Shown one piece after another: positions 14,782-28,287 of a DNA stretch of 64,000 nt. Within the stretch, counting starts at the first letter, position 1; each line of letters opens with the position of its first letter. The notes under the pieces are model-generated. The model was not told where the DNA came from, ran no database searches, and was given only the letters and a program-made list of their open reading frames with translations. Both the position numbers and the translations under genes were made by a program. Origin of the DNA: Octopus sinensis (lineage: Eukaryota); the NCBI RefSeq assembly GCF_006345805.1, contig NC_042997.1, positions 130,448,001-130,512,000 of the forward strand. Direction: 5' to 3'.

Positions 14782-14991
14782 CCCTTTAACATTCAGATTT
14801 CTTTGTCAAATGTATTATTTATTCACATTATTTTGAATTAATCAAGTATTATCTGGTAGCTTCAAAATTTCAATGGTGTGTTTGTATATGTTTATAATGA
14901 CATTGTAGGGTAGGTGTGAGAGGTTGGATCTGGTCAGCTTAAAACAAGAAGAATATTTGATTCAGATACAGTCAGATTAATTGCCAAAGAG
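14782..14991. mobile_element. piggyBac-type MITE, same family as 8122-8342 in the opposite orientation
   Basis: TTAA|ccctttaac...gccaaagag|TTAA; the interior is a diverged reverse complement of the 8122 copy. Confidence 0.7.
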
Positions 14992-15373
14992 TTAATGTGT
15001 TTTCAAATCACTTTGCTTCAGCAGATAATTTAGGTTGTCTTTTTGCATCTTGGAAAAAAAAAAAAAATAAACATCATTATTACAATTATCCTTCTCTTTC
15101 ATTTCCTCTTTCGTTCTTTCTTTTTTCCTCCTTGCTCCCTTTCTCTCTCTTCCCCTCTCTTTGTTCCCCTACATATTCATATACACTTTCTGAATGGACA
15201 CAGCAAGACCGTACTCTTAAAGTTAATGAATAAAACATCTGTACACATTTTCATACACATATCACATATCAATTTCATCCATTTATGTACACACATACAT
15301 GTATAGCGAATTATATCTACACACACAAACACGCAAAAACACAAACACTTACATGTAGTGACTGAATTTCCTT

Positions 15374-15405
<32 letters not shown>

Positions 15406-16329
15406 TTTGTATACTTACAGTCAGAATATAATTAGATCCTTTGATCACATAAAAACTTTAAAGTTGCCTAAATGTATTTTTTAATAAATTTAATTTTCAG
15501 ATGAAAATTCTAGTTTATTTTATACTAAATTTTTATTCCATACTTAAAATCGTTGCTACAGTCTATAACACTTAATTTATATTGAAATTGTTCTACATTT
15601 AAAATTGTTCTATAATTATAATTACTTTCTATAACGATATTTTTATTAAATTAGTCAAAGAGCTTTGTGTAACAAAAAGTTGTTTTGATAAAAAGTTGTT
15701 AGCTGAAAAGATGTTTGATAAAAAGGGATGGTACATGTGTATCTTGGTTTCCAGACTAAATATCACATAACCATACATATTGTAAGATGTGGTTGAAAGA
15801 GTTTATGTGTGTGTGTGTGTATGTGTGTGTGCATGTATGTATAGTTTGGCAAAATTTGATACAGATTCTCAGCTCAACTTTCTCTGTCATGGTCAATGCG
15901 ATGATCACATGCTACACAGCTTCCTTCCAAGCACTGCTGTAAACAGTGGAAGTGACCTAGAATATTAAAACTTAAGGTGCATGCACAACAGAGTTCAAAG
16001 TCAATCATTGCCAAGTGGTTTCACTCTACATGCTTTAGTTTCGTTACTATGGCAACAGTCCTGATACTTATTGATCAGATCATGTGTATAAGAAAAGAAT
16101 GGGTGTATTTCCATGCAGGGAAAAAATATAAGAGAATTTATTGTGGAAGATGCACCTGAATTTGAAAAAACTTGTTATTGTTTTTAAATAAATTTATTTG
16201 CATATATACCAAACTAGTTTCAACAGTAGTTTGTTTATCAATGGTATAAACATATGGAATTTAAGAAATTTTAAATTCTGAAGTAGAAAACATGTTTAAA
16301 TGATTAAATGTTCACAAAATTCAATAATA

Positions 16330-16750
16330 GGTGTAGGAGTGGCTGTGTGGTAAGTAGCTTGCTTATGAACCACATGGTTCCGGGTTCGGTCTCACTGTGT
16401 GGCACCTTAGGCAAGTGTCTTCTACTATAGCTTCGGGCTGACCAAAGCCTTGTGAGTGGATTTGGTAGATGGAAACTGAAAGAAGCCCGTCGTATATATG
16501 TGTATATATATGTACGTGTGTGTGTATATGTTTGTGTGTCTGTGTTTGTACCTCCAACATCGCTTGACAACTGATGCTGGTGTGTTTACGTCCCGGTAAC
16601 TTAGTGGTTCGGCAAAAAGAGACCGATAGAATAAGTACTAAGCTTACAAAGAATAAGTCCTGGGGTTGATTTGCTCATCTAAAGGCGGTGCTCCAGCATG
16701 GCCACAGTCAAATGACTGAAACAAGTAAGAGTGTAAAAGAGTAAAAGAAT
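16330..16750 (+). mobile_element. SINE family A
   Basis: Head, body and tail as in 7058-7474. Confidence 0.85.
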
Positions 16751-16994
16751 ATCAAAAATAATCAGCAAAGAATATAAAAAATGTGGATCACCTAAAGTTC
16801 AGTCATACTGAGTTAAGAGAGAGAAAAAAGAAAGGAAGAAAGTAAAGAAAAAGGGCTTTGTTATAGTTTCTTTCGTCTTGGATTCTTTTTACCATCACAT
16901 GCAGGATTTTTGGATTGTAACAAAGTGTTTTGGAATCAGTATATTTATAAATTTTCCATGAACGAATCTAATTTTTGATTTGTTTAAATGTCTT

Positions 16995-18400
16995 ATTCTT
17001 TCTGGTGGTCAAGTCTGTTAAGGTGGTGCTGGCATTGGCCACGTTCAGATGGTGCTTTTCATGTGCCACTGGCACAGAAGCCAGTTGGGACAAGTGGGCT
17101 GGCATCGACCACGTTCAGATGGTGCTTTTTACATACCACCAGCACTCACAACCCATGTTTCACTGCCATGAAGCATGGCAGTTAGCACACATGCATTGTA
17201 CAATCTCCCCTTTGTCACCAGTAGGGTTAGAAGCTGTCTGAACTTTGCCCAGGCAATTCTTATTCTCTGAGCATCCACCCCCATACTACTGACTTGGTTC
17301 CCTAGATAGCGGAAACTATCAACTACTAGTTTCTCCCCCTGCCATGTGATGGAATCTATTTTCTGAGCATCTGTGGTGTTTATTGCCCCTGTGCATCTGC
17401 TGCACACGATAGTTATCTTCCCAGTTAATCATCCTTTGATGTTGCTGCACCTCTTATGTGCCCATAGCTTACACTGGGTACATCTTATGGAGTTTTTACC
17501 TACACCTTTTCTACAGATCGAGCAGTACCACCTAGCTAAAGGGGTGTGTGATGTGTTCACCTTCCTACTTACTAGAACTTTGGTCTTCACGACATTAACT
17601 CTAAGGCCCTTCGACTCTAAACCTTGCTTCCACACAAGAAATTTCTTCTCTAGTTCTGGTAGTGATTCTGCTATGAGAACCAGATCATCAGCATAGAGGA
17701 ACTCCCAGGGGCAACCCGCCTTGAATTCCTCTGTTATTGCCTGGATGAGTAAGAAGGGGCTGAGGGCTGATCCTTGGTAGACCCCTACTTCTACCTGGAA
17801 TTTTTCACTATACTCATTACCAATCCTAACCTTACTAACAGCCTCTCTGTATACAGCCTGTATAACCCTTATTAACCATTCGTCAATCCCCAGTTTCCGC
17901 ATCGCCCACCCGATAAGGGATCGGGGGACCCTGTCAAAGGCTTTCTCCAAGACCACAAAAGCTAAGTATAGGGGTTTATCTTTAGCTAGGTATTTCTCCT
18001 ACAGTTGTCAAGCCAGGAATATGGCATCAGTGGTGCTTTTACCTGGCATAAAACCGAACTGCATCTCATCTAAGCAGACTCTCTCCCAAATGAGATGGGC
18101 TATGACCCTCTCTGTGACCTTTATCACCTGATCCAGCAGTTTGATACCCCTGTAGTTATTTCTATCTAAAGCATCACCTTTACGCTTGTAGCAGTTGACT
18201 ATGATGCTGCTACGCCAGTCATTGGGTATGGCTCCATTATGAACCACCTATTTTACAATACAGGTGACTAGGCCATAACCCACACCACCATATGTTTTAA
18301 GCATCTCAGCAGTGATTCCTGATGGGCCAGGGGCTTTTCCTGGCTTCATACCTTTAATTGCTTTATCAGAGGTAAAATTTCATTGGTCTAGAGATAGGTA
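16995..18400 (-). mobile_element. RTE LINE RT-domain fragment with PHD-like insertion
   Basis: WRSSIIVNCYKRKGD...NYRGIKLL, QFGFMPGKSTTDAIF, EKAFDRVP, GVYQGSALSP, LYADDL, then CSICRKGVGKNSIRCTQCKLWAHKRC; stops and deletions. Confidence 0.9.
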
Positions 18401-18741
18401 ACATCAACAACTGGGGTTTTGTATGGTGATTTGGAATTGTAGTTTCAAAACCCAAGAAGAAGACTGTTACTAAAGATTTTCAAATTGTCTGTTGTTTCTG
18501 GTTGCTTTTTTTGTGGAAAATTTGAGTTTTCTCTTGCTTTTAGTGTTTTTCTTCTCTCTAAAGGATATTTATATTTTTTTATTTATATTTTTATATCTAT
18601 ATTTATATTTTCATATTTTTTTAATTGAGTATACTTTCCCAATGCATACCAACCTCCCCTCTCCATGCCACTGATGTTACCCAAGAGAAAGGCAAATGTC
18701 AATACAACTTGTCATCTGTGACACCACAACTCGTTCTACAG

Positions 18742-20578
18742 AACGCTTCAGTTATGAATACAAAATCGCGGCAAATGCCAGTAGCAATCCAAAAACCTTC
18801 TTTGCCCATGTCCAGCAGAATTCCCGCTTGAACAACCAGATTGCAACGTTGGTAGACTCAACAGGCGTATCGATTGAGGACCCTTATCAACAGAGTCAAT
18901 TATTTGCCGAGGCTTTTTCAACTATCTTCAAACAAGATGATGGTCGTGAACCCCCTCCATTTGATAGATCGGTACCTCCAATGCTTCGATTGGTCATCAC
19001 GCGGGACGAAGTCAAACGTGTCATTCAAGGCCTCGATGTCAACAAGGGTCACGGCCCTGACGGCATACACCCACGGGTTATCAAAGCGTTGGCTCCGGTC
19101 ATCTGCGAGCCCTTAACACGTCTATTCAATATGTCATTGGCGACGGGTGTTATACCTGCAGACTGGAGAACAGCGATAATCTGCCCAATTTTCAAGAAAG
19201 GGAGCCGCGAAGACCCGCTTAACTACCGACCGGTTTCCCTTACATCAATAATCAGCAAGATGTTCGAAACCATCCTTAAGAAAAGTATGATGCTCCACCT
19301 CCTAAACACAGCCTCTATCTCTGATTCCCAACACGGCTTCGTGCCGAAGAGATCATGCTTGACCAACTTACTAGTAATGGAAGAATTGGTGACGCGCATC
19401 CTCGATGATAGTGATGCTGTTGACATCATTTTATTGGACTTTGCCAAAGCTTTTGACTCGGTAAACCACCGCCTATTGCTTGTCAAGCTTCAAGCATATA
19501 GTTTCCATCCGGATATTGTACGATGGGTTGGTGCCTTCCTCTCAGATCGCTCCTTCCAAGTCCAAGTTAATGGTTCGCGGTCCGACGTCTCCAGTGCGAG
19601 CAGTAGCGTGCCTCAAGGTTCAGTGCTTGGGCCCTTGTTGTTCTTAGTCTTCATAAATGACTTGCCCGACGACCTCACACAACACACCCTTCTATTTGCC
19701 AACGATATCAAACTGGTCGCTCCTCGCGGTAACATAGAGGATCTTCGTCGATGCCTCCACCAAATTTGGAAGTGGTCTAACGATTGGGACCTGTGTCTGA
19801 ACGTGTCAAAGTGCTGTCATCTGCCTGTCGGCTCTACTCCTGCAACTCAACTTGATTTCGAGCCGGGTCGTCTGCTGCTGGAGAGGACCGATCAGGTAAA
19901 GGACCTGGGTATCTTGGTGGATTCCTCCTTTTCGCCTTCGACCCAGTGCGTCCATGCTGCCAACAAAGCACGCGGAATTCTGTTCTTGATTCGACGGTCA
20001 TTCGGAATGCTCACAGCAGCCATATTCCTACCACTCTATGTCACGCTGGTGAGACCCATATTAGAGTATGGGATTCAAGCCTCTTCTCCTTATCTCCTCA
20101 AAGACATACAGCATCTCGAAAGAGTCCAGAAGCTGGCTACCCGCATGGTTCATGGTCTCAAAAATTTGTCCTACGAAGAAAGGCTGAGGACGCTCGACCT
20201 TTATTCTCTTGAAAAACGCCGCCGCCGTGGTGACCTCATTCTCGCCCACAACATCATAAGCGGAAAGTGTAACCTCTCGAAAGAGCTGTTCTTCACTCCT
20301 GCTCCAGAGCGTCGGCTGTGGGGTCATTCCAAAAAGCTCTACCTGCGACGATTTCATCTCAATCGGAGGAGAGGAGCTTTCTCCGTCTGGGTTGCGGATC
20401 CGTGGAACAAGCTGCCAGACGAGATGGTGAAGATGCCGACGACCGCTTTGTTCAAAGCCTCCCTGGACCTCAAGTGGCCTGAACTCTTTACATGAACACC
20501 ACCCTGTACTTAACTCCATGTCCCCCTACATGGCTTTGCTATTTGCTTTTGAGCCAAATTAACTAACTAACTAACTAA
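18742..20578 (+). mobile_element. 5'-truncated CR1-clade LINE with an uninterrupted RT ORF to 20495, (TAAC)n tail and CTACAG TSD
   Basis: NYRPVSLTS, QHGF...SCLTNL, LDFAKAFDSV, PQGSVLGPLLF, LFANDIK (catalytic DD changed to ND), RRRRGDLI, WNKLP. CTACAG at 18736-18741 and 20579-20584. Inserted inside a minus-strand family B SINE (about 18620-18741 + 20579-20716). Confidence 0.92.
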
Positions 20579-21677
20579 CTACAGCTGAGTGAACTGGAGC
20601 ACATGAAAAGGAATTGTCTTGCTCAAGAACACAGCACACAACCCAGTCCAGGAATTGAACTCACTACCTCATAATTATGAGCCTGACACTGTAACCACTG
20701 AACCATGCACCTTCAATTTGTAATGTTCTATACTTAATATGTTAAGGGGAACCTGCAGTGCTCCCCCATAGACTGTAATCTAACATCATATATGTTATGA
20801 TTATTTAGCCCATATCAACCCTGTTGTAGCAGATATATGAGTAAAGACATTCCAATCGTGACCATCTCATCTTTAATGAATATGTACAGTAACATTCTAT
20901 GAAATCTAACGTGTTATTTCACAATTTATCCAATAATTTCATTATATATATAATTTAAGATGGAGTGAGTTGAAATTTGGCTACTACATCTAGCAGATCT
21001 AATGACCTCCATATATATATACTCCTTGTTAGCTCAGTTGTCAAACATATAAAACCGAATCAGATTAGCCAGCCTTGCAATGTCACTCACTAATTTTACT
21101 GATTCTCACAAATACACTTGTTTCGAAGATTGGTGTGATATATATCAATGCAAAAGCAACCAAACAAACAGCTTTTAGAGCTGTTTTACTACAGGCTAGG
21201 CAGGAGGAGAAGGATTTTGGTTGAAAAAATTAGTTTAGGAATTTGTGATCTGTAGAAACAAAAGGCCAATGTTTCTTAGCATTTCATTAAACACTAGTTC
21301 TATTTTATCAGGCTAAAAATAACATCTAGATTCCAGTCTGGCTGTTATACTAATACACTGTTCAAGTCTTTGGTTGCAGAATCTTCCAGATAATTGGATA
21401 GATAGTGTAAAAAAGAAAGTTTACGCTCATCTTACAAGGAGACTGGCCCAGTCTAGCTGGCTTGATTACTTTACTGGAAGAAGATTAACAAAATAAATAC
21501 AATAATGATATCTAAGTGTGTATGAAACTCCTGAAGGTATTAGGTTCTCATTAGGATTATCTCTTAATTTAAGTTTATTGATTTCTCATTTTGTAAATGG
21601 TGTATGATATCCTGGTTGTATATACTTGTATGTTTAGATATACAATGCATACTCATGTATGGTATATATATATATAT

Positions 21678-22005
21678 ATACAAAATTTAGAAGTCTGACC
21701 ACTAAAAGTGGACAGCCTATATGCTAGATATAGACGTCAAATCGTTACTTTCCACGAAGAATGTGTTCACAAGAAAATACTCAGCAAAAAAACAAAGTGT
21801 AAAAATAAGCAAGACAAATGAAAATATACAAAATAAAAAACGATTTTTATTTTGTATATTTTCATTTGTCTTGCTTATTTTTACACTTTGTCTTTTTGCT
21901 GAGTATTTTCTTGTGAACACATTCTTCGTGGAAAGTAACGATTTGACATCTATATCTAGCATATAGGCTGTCCACTTTTAGTGGTCAGTCCTCTAAATTT
22001 TGTAT
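21678..22005. repeat. Imperfect palindrome, about 162-bp arms, almost no loop, abutting (TA)n
   Basis: The ORF track shows mirror ORFs 21717..21962(-) and 21721..21966(+); about 4 substitutions between arms. Confidence 0.9.
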
Positions 22006-22092
22006 GTAAAACAATTTTTAATCTTCGGATTTTTTAAAATATGCTAGGCCACTGGTTTTAATGAATTAATATCAATTTCTACCCTTATTTTA

Positions 22093-22125
<33 letters not shown>

Positions 22126-22128
22126 CTA

Positions 22129-22198
<70 letters not shown>

Positions 22199-22249
22199 CA
22201 CATATATATATATATATTTATATAAAAGAAAAAGAGTGTGTATATATAT

Positions 22250-22436
22250 ATGGGTGGCACATAAAAAGCACCTACTACACTCATGGAGTGGTTGGCGTTA
22301 GGAAGGGCATCCAGCCGTAGAAACACTGCCAGATTTCATTGGGCCTGATGAAACCTTCTGGCTTCACAGACCCCAGTAGAACTGTCCAACCCATGCTAGC
22401 ATGGAAAACGGACGCTAAACAATGATGATGATGATA
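22250..22436 (+). mobile_element. RTE 3' end fragment
   Basis: RTE 3'UTR ending in taaacaatgatgatgatg. Confidence 0.75.
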
Positions 22437-23398
22437 TAATACACACACACACACATCCGCACATGCATATACATATACATACTCACACAATATACCACCA
22501 CCACCACCAAAACCTCCACCATCATTTTGTGCTCACTTTTCCATATTGGGCAGGGTTGGATGGTTAGATAAAATGGGTCATGTGCTGTTGCTGTGTCTCA
22601 GTTTTGGAATGGTTTCACTGGCTGGACATCCTTCCTAACAAAAATTTACTGTATTCATTTTTCATGGTACTAGCTGTAGGGCAGGTTTTCATTGTCTAAT
22701 TCAGATCTTAGTTGGAATGAACACATTCCTGGACAGATGGGAAGAGTCAGAACTCTCTTGTACATTTTCGTATGGTTCCAATCACTGGATGCCCTTCCTG
22801 TCACCATCTCTTGCATGCGGCATACTTGATGCATTTTGTGTTGGTACCATCAATAAAGAGTTGATTATTTTATTCCACCAAGACTAAAGAAAGTTGTTCC
22901 TTGCTGTCTGCATTATCACCATTCAGTCAGTCCTTTCTATCTCACTCTACAAAGTGGGACTAGAAGAAAGAGAAAGAGGAAGAGTTTGTATGTGTGTGAG
23001 AGAGTGTGAGGGAGAGAAAGAAGGGGCAAAGAGAGAGATGTAATGAAACAAGGAGAGAGAGATAGAAAGGGGAGGAATGTATGTGTGTGTTAGAGAAAGA
23101 GAGAGAGAGAGAGAGAGAGAAGGAAAGAATGTGTGTTTGAGAGAGAGAGTGTAAGTATGTGGGGTGTATGTGTATGTGTGTGGGGTGTATTTGTGTATGT
23201 GTATTTGATATAAATGAGAGATGGGTGAGGGGCTAAACAGAGAAAGTGGGTGTAACAAAGATGGCTTGTGGTAGTTAGAGAATTAATATGAACGTAGTGG
23301 GTGGAAGAGATCCAAATGTGGATGATCTACACCCCAACATGATATAAATTGGTATACTTACATTCATACATACATACATACTTATGTATATGTATATA

Positions 23399-23442
<44 letters not shown>

Positions 23443-23448
<6 letters not shown>

Positions 23449-23620
23449 CAATATTCCATTAATTATAAAGTATTACTTAAGCTTACCATGAAATGGTCTT
23501 TTTCATGCCGAATTCTACTTGGTATATATATATATATATATATATCATCATCATCATCATCATCATCGGAGTTAAACGCAGGTGTTATTCAAATTCTTTT
23601 ACTTCCGACAAGGGAAAAAT

Positions 23621-23681
<61 letters not shown>

Positions 23682-23883
23682 ATATATATAATATATATAT
23701 ATATATATTATCAATATTCCATTAATTATAAAGTATTACTTAAGCTTACCATGAAATGGTCTTTTTCATGCCGAATTCTACTTGGTATATATATATATAT
23801 ATATATATCATCATCATCATCATCATCATCGGAGTTAAACGCAGGTGTTATTCAAATTCTTTTACTTCCGACAAGGGAAAAAT

Positions 23884-23903
<20 letters not shown>
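23443..23903. repeat. Exact tandem duplication, period 263 bp
   Basis: tattatcaatattcc... starts at 23443 and again at 23706; identical including internal microsatellite lengths. Confidence 0.9.
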
Positions 23904-23945
<42 letters not shown>

Positions 23946-23966
23946 ATATATATATTATATATATAT

Positions 23967-24063
<97 letters not shown>

Positions 24064-24103
24064 ATATATATGTATATATATGAATATTTTAGAAACTTTA
24101 CTA

Positions 24104-25040
24104 GGTGCGGGTGTGGCTGTGTGGTAAGTAGCTTGCTCACCAACCACATGCTTCTGGGTTCAGTCTCACTGTGTGGCACCTTGGGCAAGTGCCTTCCACT
24201 ATAGTCTCAGGCCAACAAAAGCATTGTTAGTGGATTTGGTAGAGGAGAACTGAAAGTAGCCTGTTGTATGTATATGTATATATGTATGTATGTATGTAGT
24301 TGAAAAAATATTGTTACAAATATAAATATACCATAAACAAGTATAAAAAAAAATGGTGGAGAAAAAGATATTGACTCAAGATTAGATTTAATATAAAATT
24401 GGTATGTATCTGTACCCCTCCCCATCGCTTGACAACCAATGCTGGTGTGTTTACATCCCCATAACTTTGCAGTTAAGCAAAAGAGGCTGATAGAATTAAT
24501 ACTAGGCTTCCAAAGAATAAATCCTGGGGTCAATTTGTTTGACTAAAGCATGGTCACAGTCAAATGACTGAAACAATTAAAAGAATTTTTTAATTTAATT
24601 TAATAAAAGAATAAAAGAATGCAATTTTTTTTTAATATAGGCATAGGAGTGGCTCTGTGGTAAGTGGCTTGCTTACCAACCACATGGTTCTGGGTTCAGT
24701 CCCACTACGTGGCACCTTGGGCAAGTGTCTTCAACTATAGCCTCAGGCTGACCAAAGCCTTGTGAGTGGATTTGGTAGACAAAAACTGATAGAAGCCCGT
24801 TGTATATATGTATATGTATATGTGTGTGTGTGTATGTTTGCGAGTCTGTGTTTGTCCCCCCAACATCGCTTGACAACCGATAGTAGTGTGTACATGTCCC
24901 CGTAACTTAGCGGTTCGGCAAAAGAGACTGATAGAATAAGTACTAGGCTTGCAAAGAATAAGTCTGGGGGTCGATTTACTCGACTAAAGGTGGTGCTCCA
25001 GCATGGCCACAGTCAAATGACTGAAACAAGTAAAAGAGTA
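24104..25040 (+). mobile_element. Two tandem SINE family A copies (about 24104-24585 and 24640-25040)
   Basis: Two head/body/tail sets. Confidence 0.8.
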
Positions 25041-25164
25041 TATATAACAGCATATCCATACACACAGCGAAGATACAGTTCTTTTATTGATTTTATAAGT
25101 GTTACCTATGCAAACCAGCATCAACCTCTTTAGAGTCTGTTTCATCATAAATACATATTTCTCT

Positions 25165-25556
25165 TGTAGTCTTTTACTTGTCTTAGTCATTTGACTGAGA
25201 CCATGCTGGAGAACTATCTTAAAGGGTTTAGTTGAAGAAATCGACCCAAGGACAGACATATTCTTTATAAGCCAAGTTCTTATTCTATTGGTCTCTTTTG
25301 CCAAACTGTTAAGTTATGGGGACGTAAACACACCAACATCAGTTGTGAAGCGATGGAGTGGGGATAAATACATATAATAATATACAAACATATATACGAC
25401 AGGCTTCTCTCAGTTTTTGTCTACCAAACCCACACACAAGGCTTTCGTTGGCCTGAGGCTATAGTAGAAGACACTTGGCCAAGGTGTCACACAGTGGGAC
25501 TGAACCTGGGACCATGTAGTTGAGAAGCAAGCTTCTTACCACACAGCATGCCTATA
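25165..25556 (-). mobile_element. SINE family A
   Basis: Reverse-complement head, body and tail. Confidence 0.75.
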
Positions 25557-26611
25557 CCTATAAACATATATCCATTGCACAGCACATACTGAAACATACA
25601 CGTAACTCTTAAATAATCGCACACCAGTTAATACGAACACAATGTATTTTTTTAGAAGCTATATGTGTCTTTATTCCCCTCTGGATTTTCAACTGATAAG
25701 ATGTAATTGTATAATTAGGGCAGTATATTAATAAGGTTTATGTCTCGTGTATGTCAGAGCTCAGCAGATTCTTCTCTACCTCTGTTCTCCCTTTATAGCT
25801 TTCTTCTGATAAGGCACGGATGTAATTTCTGGTGACAGTTTTTCTAGGAAACTCCTGCAATATATCAGCAGTTCTTGTGTTAGTGTAGTGAAATGAAACC
25901 AGCCAGGTTCTGTCACGAATACATAAACATACAGACATTGACATAGATATATCACTGTCGTTGTCGCCATCACCGCCGCTACCACTGTCGACGCCACCAC
26001 CATCATTTAACGTCAACTTTGCCATGCTTGCATGGGTCAGACAGAATTTGTTAAAATATATTTTCTATGGCCAGATGTCTTTCCTGTCAGCAACCCTCAC
26101 CTGTTTTCCACACAAGGTAATATTTCCCCTGTGGCCAGATATAGTTTTATAGAATTCTTGAAATGAACGCACTTCTATGACAATGATGCTCATTTGCAAC
26201 CAACACAAGATGTCTAGATATGAGTATTCACACTCACACACACACACACACACACGCATGCATTTATAAAACCATTAACTAAGAACACCAATAGGTTTTA
26301 AAGGATCACAACAGCTGTTTCAGTAGCATTTTTTTTAATTGATGAACAGATCAGTTACATTGATTGAAAAAAAGAAACCACTTTCATCAGGTGAGTTTAA
26401 ATTTAGGTAGGAGAAGATTCTAGCTGTGTGATAAGAACTTTGCAGCATGGTTTTGGGTTCAGTCCCTGAGCAAGTGTCTTAATAAAGCTCCATACTGACC
26501 AAAGTGAAAGCTTTGTGAATGGACAAGGTAGATAACCCATCATGTATGCATGTTTGTATGTATGTATGTATGTACATATGCATGTATGTATGTACATATG
26601 CATGTATGTAT

Positions 26612-26885
26612 GTGGTGAAGCTTCATGGTTCAGTGGTTAGAGCATTGGGTTTCACAATCATGAGGTGGTGAGTTCGATTTCTGGATCAGGCTGTCTGTTG
26701 TGTTCTTGAGCAGGAGACTTTATTTCACATTGCTCCAGTTCACTCAGCTGTAGAAATGAATTGCGATGTCATGGGTACCAAGCTGTATTGGCCTTTACCT
26801 TTCCCTTTGATAACATTGGTGGCATGGAGAGTGGTAGGCATGGGCAAATGCTGGTCCTCCATAAATGACCTTGCCCATACTTTTA
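26612..26885 (+). mobile_element. SINE family B (tRNA-like head + ttgtgttcttgagca body)
   Basis: tggttcagtggttagagc A-box-like and gagttcgatttc B-box-like; related copies at about 40243-40490 (+), 42266-42480 (+) and 18620-20716 (-, split). Confidence 0.75.
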
Positions 26886-27487
26886 CTCAGAGGGTAACTT
26901 TCTCAGTGCAATCTATGGTCACACGTGACCAAAGGGGGTCTTACCTTGTATGTATGTATGTATGTATGTATGTATGTATGTATGTATGTATGTATGTATG
27001 TATGTATGTATGTATCTATATGTGTATGTATGTATCTATGTGTGTATGTGTGTATGTATGTATATGTGTATATGAGTGAATGTGTGAGTGTGTGTGTGTG
27101 TGTGTGTGTGTTATGCAAGTATGTAAAAGTGGATAATGATGATGATGATAATGATGATTAACATACATCAGCAGTTGTTTTTCACATCCAAGAGCTTCAT
27201 TTTACTCCCAGACAAAGGAAATAACATTAGGAAGAAATGTGCTAATATTCTGCCTGCTTGCCCCTAACAGCTCTTAATTAATAAAATTAGCAGAGTCCTT
27301 TTTGGGGTAAAACAATACTTTTAGAAACAAATTATTGTCATGACCCCATTTCGTTCGCATGGAATAAGTTTTCTTAGTGATTTTAGTCAATATTCTATTT
27401 TAGAAAATGAATTCTCAAAGACAAAAATAATGATACTAAAGATATTTTCAGACAGGCTTTGGAAGCCCCTTGGTTATATATATATAT

Positions 27488-27685
27488 GATAGATCGCTAT
27501 GATAGATTGCTAGCTACTACACATTCTTTATTTTCTCTCCTCGTTTCTTTCTGTGTTCCTTTCTGTGGAAGAGCGTAGGCTCGAAACATTAAAGACTTTT
27601 TCATTTCCCAAGCGTTAAACTAATACATCTGCTTGTTGTCTACACCACCAGTCTTCGTCTTTTGTTTTTTTTGCGAATTCTCCCT
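27488..27685 (+). mobile_element. Short PLE-like (pLTR-type) element in (TA)n with a hammerhead-like motif
   Basis: Flanked by (TA)n on both sides; homologous to 28201-28420; contains ctgtggaa-gagc-gtag-gctc-gaaac. Confidence 0.6.
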
Positions 27686-27722
27686 ATATATATACATACA
27701 TACATACATATATACATATATG

Positions 27723-27772
<50 letters not shown>

Positions 27773-27787
27773 TATATAGATATATAG

Positions 27788-27821
<34 letters not shown>

Positions 27822-27946
27822 CTTTATACATATATATATATATATACACATACATATACATATACATATATACATACATACATACATACATACATACATA
27901 ATACAAGCATACATAATACTCACACACACACAGACACACATATACA

Positions 27947-28165
27947 CACGAGTGGGAGCTGAGAAGTTCCTGGTTTTGGATAAAAGAAAATGCCGGAGGA
28001 TCAGTTAATGATGTGATTTTTTTCAACATATTCTCCTCTCAGATTCACACACTAATTGCAGTGGTCCTTCAATTTTTCTAAGCCCTGTAAAAGAACATGA
28101 AAGGTTGAGTCCCCAACCAGGCCTTTCATGATACCCTTAAAGCCAGGAACTTTTCAGCACCTCCT

Positions 28166-28169
<4 letters not shown>
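27947..28169. mobile_element. Mariner-derived MITE
   Basis: TIRs cacgagtgggagctgagaagttcctggtttt / aaagccaggaacttttcagcacctccttgtg. Confidence 0.7.
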
Positions 28170-28202
<33 letters not shown>

Positions 28203-28287
28203 TTACATCAGAACGCCATGATGGACCGTTAGCTCCTACACGCATTTTTTTCTCTCCTTGTTTCTCTCCTTGTTTCTTTTCTGTGTA

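Noticed and set aside
18696-18741. Apparent start of a 599-aa gene
   Set aside because: These codons are antisense SINE sequence upstream of the TSD; the ORF is a truncated LINE ORF2, not a host gene
21770-21810. ccacgaaga-atgtgttcacaa-gaaaatac as a hammerhead
   Set aside because: The core lacks CUGA, and no stem I/III pairing or UH triplet fits
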